A stretch of 64,000 bases of DNA from an uncultured Acidobacteriota bacterium. Its GTDB lineage: Bacteria > Acidobacteriota > Terriglobia > UBA7540. The position numbers and the translations under genes are program-made. The DNA lies in contig CAWDSK010000006.1 in the NCBI GenBank assembly GCA_963804995.1, forward strand, positions 32,001 through 96,000, read 5' to 3'. The stretch's first letter is position 1. Each line of letters opens with the position of its first letter. The notes beneath the pieces were generated by a model. That model was not told the DNA's origin and did not search any database. It saw only the letters and a program-made list of their open reading frames with translations. Below, in pieces: positions 10,413 to 18,955 of the stretch.

Positions 10413-10720
10413 TCGAAGGCGAGATTGTACGATATCCTTGGACTAGCTGCATACAGCTTTCTACTTTCTGCAATTCGTGCCCGACCGAGACTTGTGCCGT
10501 CGCCCAATCCTACTACCAGTAATTCCAAACATATTCTGGTAACTTCACTGTTCTCTGCTCACATGGGCACCCGTTGGGCTGACCCGAAGACAGCATAAAG
10601 AATGGTCATGCATATATGCAAATTCAGGCCGTCTCAGAGGGGGCTTAGCCCAACCTAGGGAGACGTTCTCGCGCAGCCAGCCTGGCATAATAATTCTCAC
10701 GAGGGTTCGAACTCCAAGCA

Positions 10721-10906
10721 CTACGGACCGCACCGTTGCACCGCGCACATGGTGCAAACAATTGCAGATGGATTGTAGCGCACATTTCGAGGATATCCGC
10801 GCTGAAGCTGCATCGTTCCCAGGCGCCCGACCTGAATACGGGCATTGCTCGCACAGGAAAGAATCAACGCATATGTTCCGGGTTTTGGCTCAATGATAAT
10901 TCCCAT
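10721..10906 (-). pseudogene. Truncated DUF123/GIY-YIG (Uri-like) endonuclease fragment
   Basis: MGIIIEPKPGTYALILSCASNARIQVGRLGTMQLQRGY resembles the DUF123 N-terminus. Similarity is lost before the expected YVGSA motif. Confidence 0.5.
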
Positions 10907-10981
10907 CGATGTCCTATTCTGGACTGGCAGCATCTCGCTCCGACTCTGCTAAAATACCTCGCAAGGAACATTGACAACCAC

Positions 10982-11197
10982 ATGGCCGACTGGAAAGTCA
11001 TCGCGCTGATCAGCGGTAATATCGAAGCCGTTTCAGGCCCGGTTGCTCATGACCGACCGGGAAGGCACGAACGAACTGTCTGGGAAGGGGAAGCCGCTGA
11101 CAAAGCCGAAGCCCTTCAAAATGCCGAGAAAGCCGACCCCAGGGTTGATCTGGAGTGGATGCGCATTCGCCACGAGCGGGACCTAGACGTAAGGTAG
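10982..11197 (+). CDS. Hypothetical protein (71 aa)
   Basis: MADWKVIALISGN... is the protein-like 3' part of ORF 10736..11197. Confidence 0.4.
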   Translation: MADWKVIALISGNIEAVSGPVAHDRPGRHERTVWEGEAADKAEALQNAEKADPRVDLEWMRIRHERDLDVR

Positions 11198-11429
11198 GAT
11201 AGCGCTTAGCCCCTTTCAGCGGCACCCGAAATAGGCCCCCCCAACTCTTTCCTCACTACCTTAGATTTACCTACTCATGCCCCTTTTCTGGTGCTCCTTC
11301 TTCTCGCGGGCACGGCGAGATGGGGACTGCTTGCGCTCGCGGCACGGCGGGCGTCTGTTTTGTCGCCGCGGCGACACCCTCCCCACCGGATGAGACGACC
11401 TGGCAAAAGCATCCCCCACTGTCAGCCCT

Positions 11430-11550
11430 GCCCTCACTCTGGATCAACAAGAAACCATTGGAGAAGCTCAACTATATGTTCAGTAATCCTTTAAATGGCC
11501 GCGTCGCGAAGCCGCCAAGGAACAGGCCTTGGTCGAGTTGGCGATCCCGC
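11430..11550 (+). pseudogene. Degenerate C-terminal remnant of a REP-associated (Y1/RAYT-like) transposase
   Basis: KKPLEKLNYMFSNPLNGRVAKPPRNRPWSSWR resembles the RAYT C-terminal EKLxYMHxNP...WPWSS motif. Confidence 0.45.
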
Positions 11551-11559
11551 CGCTTCGGA

Positions 11560-12561
11560 ATGACTTTGATTCTGGGGATACTCGCGTTGGTCTGCCTGAT
11601 GAGTTTGGGTGGGGTTTTAGTATGGACAGAAAGTGCGAACTCGACCGCAGACGCAAAGCTCCTCCCCAGCCCGTTCAATGAACAAAGCGCTTTTGAGGAT
11701 TTGGAGAGGTTCGCGGCCCTCGGGCCGAGGCCACCAGGTTCAGACGCGCACGACTGGACGTATCTCTTCATCCACCTTTCGCTGCTTGGCGCTGGCGTGG
11801 ATGTCCACAACGTCGAGGTCGACAATTTCAAGGCCTCAACACCAGTGGGCGAAATCGAGATGACCAACGTCATCGCTAAAATTCCCGGCGCTCGGCCGGA
11901 GATGGTCATTCTTGGCGGGCATTACGACACCAAGAGGATGAAGATGCGTTTCGTCGGAGCCAATGACGGCGCGTCCAGCACAGCTTTCCTCATTGAAATG
12001 GCCCACGTGCTCGCTCAGCGGAGAAATCGCTTTACGTACTGGATTGTCTTATTTGACGGCCAAGAGGCACTGAAAGACTGGTCTGCCTCGGATGGCTTGT
12101 ACGGGAGCCGCCACTTTGCCCAGTCGCTCAGCGCGGACCAGGTGAAGCAGATTCGCGCCATGTTCAACGTGGATATGATTGGGGACAGGAACCTTCACAT
12201 CCACCGTGAGAGCCGCTCGGATTCTCAGCTCACCGATCTCATTTTTCGTGACGCCCAGGACCTCGGTTACGGGCGGTATTTTCTGGAACGGCCGCTTTCC
12301 GTGGAGGATGATCATATGCCTTTTGTTCGGGCGGGGATTCCCGCCGTTGAGTTAATTTCGCTCGATTACGGCCCGTTCAACATTTTCTGGCATACGCCCT
12401 TCGACACCGTGGGAAAGTGCAGCGCCGTGAGCCTCGGGATCGTCGGGCGGGTCCTGCTCGACGCCCTGGACGATCTTGAAAGCGGTCGGACGCCCAAACC
12501 TCTGCTTGCTTTTCTGGAGAGCGGCGCAGCGGGTATGGTCCGTGAGCAGGCCGGACGATGA
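11560..12561 (+). CDS. M28 family peptidase / glutaminyl-cyclase-like exported protein
   Basis: N-terminal hydrophobic signal, GPRPPGS, GHYDTK, GANDGASS, FDGQEA, DMIGD, EDDHMPF, WHTPFDT. Confidence 0.85.
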   Translation: MTLILGILALVCLMSLGGVLVWTESANSTADAKLLPSPFNEQSAFEDLERFAALGPRPPGSDAHDWTYLFIHLSLLGAGVDVHNVEVDNFKASTPVGEIEMTNVIAKIPGARPEMVILGGHYDTKRMKMRFVGANDGASSTAFLIEMAHVLAQRRNRFTYWIVLFDGQEALKDWSASDGLYGSRHFAQSLSADQVKQIRAMFNVDMIGDRNLHIHRESRSDSQLTDLIFRDAQDLGYGRYFLERPLSVEDDHMPFVRAGIPAVELISLDYGPFNIFWHTPFDTVGKCSAVSLGIVGRVLLDALDDLESGRTPKPLLAFLESGAAGMVREQAGR

Positions 12562-12754
12562 AACTCCACACCGCCGGCCCAGCGTTGGCAGGGATCTTTC
12601 GGGACCGCATCCTCCGTTGAGGACGCGCCTGGCCTGGGGCTTCTTCCGTCTGCTTTTCGTGCATAAAGGGCTCAGGACGCGACCGTTTACCTTCGGAAGA
12701 GGGCCCCCCGCGACTTACCAGCAGGCAAGCGAGAGGAGAAACAGGTGTTACACC

Positions 12755-12945
12755 TTAGTTACCCACCTTCACTGCACGGACAAGCCCCGAAATCCTTGTG
12801 CTGAGGGGTGTGAGATCGCCGCGAATGGTCGCGTCATCGGTTTGCTGCTCGATCCGTCCGCCCTCCCACGAATTCCAATTCCGTGTGATCGTGACAATCA
12901 CAGCAGCAGCGAGGAGCAACACCAAAATTGGAGTTGCATACCCCC
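12755..12945 (-). pseudogene. HlyD/EmrA membrane-fusion protein N-terminal fragment
   Basis: TM segment followed by QQTDDATIRGDLTPLSTRISGLVRAVKV, then an early stop. Confidence 0.6.
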
Positions 12946-13321
12946 GCGCTTGGAGGAGAAGAGCAATCGATATTTTCGGTTCCTCAGAGCCTGGTGGAGG
13001 CTCAAGAGCGTCGAAGGTTTCAGTACGATAGCTGAACGGATCAGGCGGGCGGGGCGAATGAGGAGAGCACACAAACCTGCGACGAGGCGATCGGAAGTGA
13101 GTAGATGGGGGGACCGCTGCCGCGAACGATTGAGGATCAGGAGTTGTTGCTTGACAAGAACGGACTCGGCGACCACAGAACGGATGCCGCCCGGACCCAA
13201 GAGTCGGGCAAGAGTAGCCATGACATGGACGAAAAGGATGACGAGATTGCGCATCTCAGCATGTTAGCAAGAACGGCTAACCCCAGGAATTGTGCCCTAA
13301 ACTAGCAATTCGCCAGGGACA
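12945..13321 (-). mobile_element. Truncated IS: left end plus the N-terminus of an integrase-core (rve) transposase
   Basis: ORF from 13254 reads MRNLVILFVH...LVKQQLLILNRSRQRSPHLLTSDRL...VLKPSTLLSLH. Putative TG-starting end TGTCCCTGGCGAATT at 13321. No DDE domain is present. Confidence 0.65.
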
Positions 13322-14196
13322 GCCGGCACAAAGCGTTGGCTGACTCCGGCGATGATCAGCGCCCCAAAGCCCAGCAACTGGATATCCCGAAGCGGGCCGT
13401 CAATCAGCGCGATGCGCATCACCAGTTGGTCCACGCCGGCGGTCGTCACCTTGGCAAAAAAGAGAATGTCACTCACGATGGCCTGGAAGAAAAACCAGAA
13501 GAACGCGCCGAAAATGAACTTCTCATAAATCTGGTGCGGCTCCACGGATTGCTGCGCGGTCTTGAGGATAATGAGGATGAACAGGGTGATGGCAGCAAGC
13601 TCGGTACCCGCCGCCAGAATTCCCAGGCCCACTCCCACTGGCATCGGCTGGAGCATTTCCGCGGCCACGCGCGAGGCGATGCCGATCAGCATCAAGTACA
13701 ACGTCAGGTTGGCTAGGTCGGCGCGCCACAACGAAACGTATTTGAAGCGCGGGAACGATTGGTACGCGAAGCCCATCACGAACAGCCCCATCCAGCCGAA
13801 AATCATGGCGTGCGCGTGCGCCTGAATGGCGGGCACAAGGCGAACTTGCAGGAAAGTGCCCCCCAGGGCAATCTGCAAAAGATTGATCGCGCCCCACAAA
13901 GCGCCCACGGAAAGGACGATGGCGATTCCCGCCTTGAAGAATCGCCGGTAGATGAAATCCCCCAACGATCCCTGGTAAACGTACTCTTTGCTGCTGGGGT
14001 TCCGCATTTCGGCGTTCAATTCCCGCACCAACGCGTCGACGTCAACGTTGTGGACCGCGGCAAAAAACGCCAGCGCCTCGGTGGGGCCGTGCTCGCCGCC
14101 GCATCCTTTTAGCCCGTATTTATCAAAAACGCGCCGCGCCGTGGGGCAAGCTTTGACGATGTCGGCGACGCTCGTGAGTTTGGTGAATTCCGTCAT
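13297..14196 (-). pseudogene. ScdA_N/DUF1858 + NnrS-like membrane protein, 3'-truncated by the IS
   Basis: N-terminal VFDKYGLKGCGG domain, AHAHAMIFGWMGLFVMGFAYQSFPRF and multiple TM helices. The last codons (VPGELLV*) are read from the IS end. Confidence 0.65.
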
Positions 14197-14303
14197 GACG
14201 ATTCCTCCATTCGATGCCGTCCCGGTGGGGACGATTTCTCAGGCCGCGACGCTCTGCGCAAGAAGTGGGCGGCAGTTGGCAACGTGCTTCGTACCAGGAG
14301 GTC

Positions 14304-14513
14304 TTATGGGTTAGGAACTGCCGCCCCGGCCACGGCCGCGTTCAACTCTGCCAGAATCGCTTCCAGATCGAATCCATGCTTACCAGCGGCATAAGCGAGT
14401 GAATGAACTCCGCCACAGTGCAAATTCAGGTTATAGCTCCTGAAAACTCTCATTGTCTCCGGCCAGGTCCTGACGATATCTCCTACCTTCATGTCGGGCG
14501 TGATCGCTGCCAT
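14304..14513 (-). CDS. Small ScdA_N/DUF542-like protein (RIC N-terminal domain)
   Basis: MAAITPDMKVGDIVRTWPETMRVFRSYNLNLHCGGVHSL...LNAA; GAGGAG RBS. Confidence 0.7.
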   Translation of the reverse strand: MAAITPDMKVGDIVRTWPETMRVFRSYNLNLHCGGVHSLAYAAGKHGFDLEAILAELNAAVAGAAVPNP

Positions 14514-14573
14514 GGTTGCGTCTCCTCTCTCGATCGTGCGGTTACAGCGTAGAGCAGCGGGGAAATGGGGGCG

Positions 14574-14587
14574 ATGACTTCTGTCAC
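14574..14587. promoter_or_regulatory. Crp/Fnr-type box 1
   Basis: ATGAC-TTCT-GTCAC. A TACGCT -10 element on the minus strand (14551-14546) sits at class II (-41.5) spacing. Confidence 0.6.
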
Positions 14588-14702
14588 AGGGCATTCGGCC
14601 GTCGAAGGTTGAAGGTCGAATGCGCGGGTCATGACCCATCCCTGGCCTCAACTCTCACCTTTCAACCTTTATCTTTCGACTTTTGACTCCCCGCCCCCTT
14701 CT

Positions 14703-14716
14703 GTGACTTCTGTCAT
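14703..14716. promoter_or_regulatory. Crp/Fnr-type box 2
   Basis: GTGAC-TTCT-GTCAT upstream of the radical SAM gene. Confidence 0.55.
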
Positions 14717-14762
14717 CGCCAGGGGGCCGGTACTGTAGTGAAATGGGTGGCGAGGTGGAGCA

Positions 14763-15923
14763 ATGCGTGAGACAGCCGAAAACGAGCCCCAGGTGGATTT
14801 CAACGAGCGGCCTTTTATCGCGATCTGGGAGGCGACCCAGGCGTGCGACCTGGCGTGCGTGCATTGCCGGGCCAGCGCGCAACCCCTGCGGTCTTCGTTT
14901 GAACTGTCCCCGGCAGAAGCCAAGCGGCTGATCGATCAGATTGCCGAGATGCGGGTTCCAGTGTTCGTCATCACCGGCGGCGACCCGCTGAAGCGGCCCG
15001 ATATTTTCGACCTGGTGGAATATGCCACCGCGCGCGGATTGCGGACGTCCCTGACTCCCAGCGCCACACCCCTTCTGACGCGCGAGGCGATTGCCGAGCT
15101 TCAGCGGCGCGGACTGGCGCGCTTGGCCGTGAGCCTGGACGGCTCATCGGCGGACATTCATGACGCTTTCCGGCGCGTCCCGGGCTCGTATGAGTGGACG
15201 CTACGCGCCATCCGCTGGGCACGCGAACTTGCCTTGCCCGCACAGATCAACACCACCATTACACGTCGCAATCTGGCGGATTTTGATGACATGGTGCGGC
15301 TGCTGCAAACGCTCGATATCGCCATGTGGAGCGTCTTCTTTCTGGTCCCCACCGGACGCGGCCAACTGGACGACCTGATTTCTGCTGAGGAGTTCGAAGC
15401 GGTCTTCGCCAAGCTTTATCAAGTTGCACGGCGCGCGCGATTCGACATCAAGACCACCGAGGCGCAACACTATCGCCGCTATATTCTCCAGACGCGCGCG
15501 GCAGAACGGAGATGCCAAGAGCCGGCGACCGTCGCCAACGCCAAGGCCGCACCCACGCAAGCAACGTGGAATGAAATCGCGGTGAAAAACTCCCCCGATG
15601 GCATTGGCCGGGCGCCCCGTGGGTTGAACGATGCCAAGGGTTTCGTCTTCATCTCGCACTTCGGCGAGGTCTTTCCCAGCGGCTTCCTGCCTATGTCTGC
15701 GGGCAATGTGCGCCGGCAACCGCTGGCGGAGATTTACCAACACTCACCGCTGTTTGTTGCCTTGCGCGACACCTCTCGCCTGCAAGGGAAGTGCGGCGCC
15801 TGCGAGTTCCGCAACGTGTGCGGCGGCTCGCGCGCCCGCGCCTTTGCCCTCACCGGCGATCCCTTTGCCGAAGAGCCTTGCTGTGGGTATGAACCGAAAG
15901 CCGCGGCAGTTTACTCCCATTAG
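14763..15923 (+). CDS. Radical SAM/SPASM protein (TIGR04053-like, NirJ/AhbD-related)
   Basis: WEATQACDLACVHCRA (CX3CX2C), TGGDPL, C-terminal CGACEFRNVCGGSRARA...C SPASM domain. Confidence 0.85.
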   Translation: MRETAENEPQVDFNERPFIAIWEATQACDLACVHCRASAQPLRSSFELSPAEAKRLIDQIAEMRVPVFVITGGDPLKRPDIFDLVEYATARGLRTSLTPSATPLLTREAIAELQRRGLARLAVSLDGSSADIHDAFRRVPGSYEWTLRAIRWARELALPAQINTTITRRNLADFDDMVRLLQTLDIAMWSVFFLVPTGRGQLDDLISAEEFEAVFAKLYQVARRARFDIKTTEAQHYRRYILQTRAAERRCQEPATVANAKAAPTQATWNEIAVKNSPDGIGRAPRGLNDAKGFVFISHFGEVFPSGFLPMSAGNVRRQPLAEIYQHSPLFVALRDTSRLQGKCGACEFRNVCGGSRARAFALTGDPFAEEPCCGYEPKAAAVYSH

Positions 15924-16008
15924 TGCCGGGGGTTAGCGTGGATTTCTCACCACGCTGGGATTTTAAAGGGCTTCAGCGCGGTGATCATTCCGGTAAGAGA
16001 ATACACCT

Positions 16009-18297
16009 CTACACCGGAGGAGCCATGTCCCGCTTCCACACGCTGCGCAGCGCGCCGAGCGCGATAGGTACAGCACCGACGAGGATGAAGATCATGTCTC
16101 CCGCCATGCGAACCCATTCCAGCTTGTGGTAGAGGCCGCCCATCAGGAAGGTCAGCCGACGCGCGTGCCAGTACCCCTTGGCGATGGAGTCCCAGAGTTG
16201 GAGGACGCCTCCGGGAAACAGGTCCAAGAGGACCATAAGGGCGAGGCCCACGTTAGCACCCCAGAAGCCTATCTGGATGAACTTCTCTGTCCCCTTCCAG
16301 ACGGCGTCGGACTGCATGGCTCTCAAGCAAAATACCAGGACCGCCAGCGCCAACATCCCGAAGACGCCAAACAGGGCGGCGTGTGCGTGGTTGGCGGTGA
16401 GTGTCGTGCCCACCTCGAAGTAAGACACAATTGGCAGGTTGATAAGGAAGCCGAAAACCCCGGCGCCGACAAAGTTCCACACACCGACCGCCATCAGGAA
16501 GTAGATGGCCCACTTCTGGCTGGTCGCGAATTCCTGGCCGCACACGGAGCACTGCCGATTCTTCAGCTTGATGAAGTCCCAGGCGTCCAGGGTCAGAAGC
16601 GTCAAGGGCACAATCTCCATGGCGGAGAAGCACGCCGCCAGGCCCATGTTGAGCGTCCCCTGGCCGGTGAAATACCAGTGATGGCCTGTGCCAATGATCC
16701 CGGCGCTGAGGTAGAGGATGGCGTCGAGGTAGATCAGGCGCGTGGCGGTCTTGGTGCTGACCACGCCCATCTGGTGGAACATGATGGCCACCAGGACCGT
16801 GGCGAAGAGCTCGAAGAATCCTTCCACCCAAAGATGGATGATCCAGAAACGCCAGTTATCGATGACCGCGAAGTTGGTGTGGGGGCCGTAGAAAAGCGCG
16901 GGCAGGTAAAAGACGGGAATGGCCACGGCAGCGTAAAGAAAGAGTGCGGATAACTCACGCTTGCCAGGACTCTTCATGGCAGGCTTCAAGGCTCGGAACA
17001 TCAAAAAGAGCCAGAAGACAAGGCCCGCCGCCAGCAGGAGCTGCCAGAACCGCCCGAGGTCCAGGTATTCTGAACCCTGATGCCCGAACCAGAACCATAC
17101 CTGCCCGAGCTTGTCGTTGATGCCCAAATACTCTCCGAAGAGGCTGCCGAAAACCACTACAACTAACGCCCCGAGGAGAACGTAGACGCCAGCCCTTTGG
17201 CCTTTGGGCTCCTCGCCACCCACCCAGGGCGCCAGGAAAAGGCCGCCGCCTACCCAGGCCGTTGCGATCCAGAAGATGGCGAGTTGGAGGTGCCAGGTGC
17301 GTGCCAGAGTGTAGGGCAGGAAGTGCGCGATGTTGAAGCCGTAAAAGCCTCCGGGCTCCACGCGGTAGTGGGCGAGTGCGCCTCCCAGGAACGATTGCGC
17401 CAGGAAGAGGAGCGCCACCACGGCAAAGAACCACCCGGTGGCCCATTGGCTGGGCGTCAGGATCAGAGGCGTGGGAGCGGAGTGCGTAACGTGGGCGACA
17501 TCGCCCTCACCCTTCCAGCCCAGGTAGTCAAACTTGCCGACGACGAAGAGGATCAGGCCCAGACCTCCCAGAAGGGTGATGAGACTCAAAGCGCTCCAGA
17601 CGTAAGCCTCAACGGAGGGCCGGTTGCCTACCAGGGGCTCATAAGGCCAGTTATTCGTGTAGGTATAGTCCTTGCCTGGCCGGTTCGCCGACGCCGCCCA
17701 GGCGGCCCACGCGAAAAAGGCGGTCAGCGCTTGGAGCTCCGTGGGGTCCTTGATATAGCGTGCAGGCAGTCCAGGGGCGGCGCCCTGCTTGGTGAAGTAG
17801 TCGCTCCATTCGGCCGTCTGGCTGCGAAAGGCTGCCACCTCCCCGGGGGTAAAGAAGAGCGTTCGCGAGGCCGATTCGTACCGGTTCTCCTTAAGAACCC
17901 TCCGCACCTCCCCGGACGCGACGATCTGCTCATCAGTCGAGAGCTGTGCGAAGGGTTTGCCGTACTTATCCACCGCGATCGTATCCCGAGTCACTTCGCT
18001 GAGCCGGTGCAGATACTCGGCGCTGTAGTCAGGACCCAGATAAGCCCCGTGACCCCAAAGGGTCCCGTGTTCCATGAGGCCGTATTTAAAGAAGACCTCC
18101 TGGCCTTTTTGGATATCGGCTCCTGTGAATACTACATTTCCCGCCGCATCCACGGCCTTGTCGGGAATGGGAGGGGCGTTCGTGTAGGTCAAGACGGTTA
18201 CGAAAGATAGAACCGAGAAACCACCGATCATGACGAGAATCGCCGCATGTCGCCACCACGGAGAGAGACCTGTAGCACTACCGGACGTGTCTGCCAT
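16009..18297 (-). CDS. norB: Quinol-dependent nitric oxide reductase (qNor)
   Basis: 762 aa; GTLWGHGAYLGPDY, RTWHLQ, HLWVEGFFE, GTGHHWYF and HAHAALFG motifs. Confidence 0.95.
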   Translation of the reverse strand: MADTSGSATGLSPWWRHAAILVMIGGFSVLSFVTVLTYTNAPPIPDKAVDAAGNVVFTGADIQKGQEVFFKYGLMEHGTLWGHGAYLGPDYSAEYLHRLSEVTRDTIAVDKYGKPFAQLSTDEQIVASGEVRRVLKENRYESASRTLFFTPGEVAAFRSQTAEWSDYFTKQGAAPGLPARYIKDPTELQALTAFFAWAAWAASANRPGKDYTYTNNWPYEPLVGNRPSVEAYVWSALSLITLLGGLGLILFVVGKFDYLGWKGEGDVAHVTHSAPTPLILTPSQWATGWFFAVVALLFLAQSFLGGALAHYRVEPGGFYGFNIAHFLPYTLARTWHLQLAIFWIATAWVGGGLFLAPWVGGEEPKGQRAGVYVLLGALVVVVFGSLFGEYLGINDKLGQVWFWFGHQGSEYLDLGRFWQLLLAAGLVFWLFLMFRALKPAMKSPGKRELSALFLYAAVAIPVFYLPALFYGPHTNFAVIDNWRFWIIHLWVEGFFELFATVLVAIMFHQMGVVSTKTATRLIYLDAILYLSAGIIGTGHHWYFTGQGTLNMGLAACFSAMEIVPLTLLTLDAWDFIKLKNRQCSVCGQEFATSQKWAIYFLMAVGVWNFVGAGVFGFLINLPIVSYFEVGTTLTANHAHAALFGVFGMLALAVLVFCLRAMQSDAVWKGTEKFIQIGFWGANVGLALMVLLDLFPGGVLQLWDSIAKGYWHARRLTFLMGGLYHKLEWVRMAGDMIFILVGAVPIALGALRSVWKRDMAPPV

Positions 18298-18379
18298 TCA
18301 TGCCCCCATTGCGGGCCATGTCGATGCCTTATGGCCACGCTTGATTTATTGATGTTAGGGGAGCAACGGGCACATGACG

Positions 18380-18393
18380 ATGACTTTTGTCAC
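18380..18393. promoter_or_regulatory. Crp/Fnr-type box 3 upstream of norB
   Basis: ATGAC-TTTT-GTCAC. A TAACAT -10 element (18357-18352, minus strand) sits at class II spacing. Confidence 0.65.
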
Positions 18394-18955
18394 GGCCCTT
18401 ACAATACGACCCGCAAGACCTTGAGAGGAACTTGGGGATCAGCGAGACAGAGCGCCTGAAAATCCTGCTTGATCACAAAAAGCACGGTGACGCCGTCGAC
18501 CGCGGCTGCTGACGCGGGTACTTCGCCGGATTGGGAACGAAAAACGCCCTTTCATGCTCGAATCCCACTTGCCTGAGTCCCACTGAAGACATCGGACTCT
18601 TCGGTCGCCTGGTACAGTCTTCCCAAGCGTGTTGACGGACATGATAGTAATGTTCCCGCTTAGGCGAACTGTGGCGGTGTTAGCCGTGTCAAATGGCGGC
18701 TGTGCCCGACGGCGCACAGGAGAAGAATTCACTGTTACCGTGAGATCACAAGTCGTCCCTCTAATTTACTACCGCGGCTGGCGCATACAGAAGAAGTGAA
18801 TGAGCCACCCACGAATTTGACGTGTTGGCGTGCTATCGGGAACAATCTAATCTACGATAGGCGGTGCAGTGGATAGTCGCGATCGGAAAAAGGCTGTCTA
18901 TGTCAGATCGGATTAAGAGATGACCCATGACGAGCGACAAGATAGGGATAACTGA

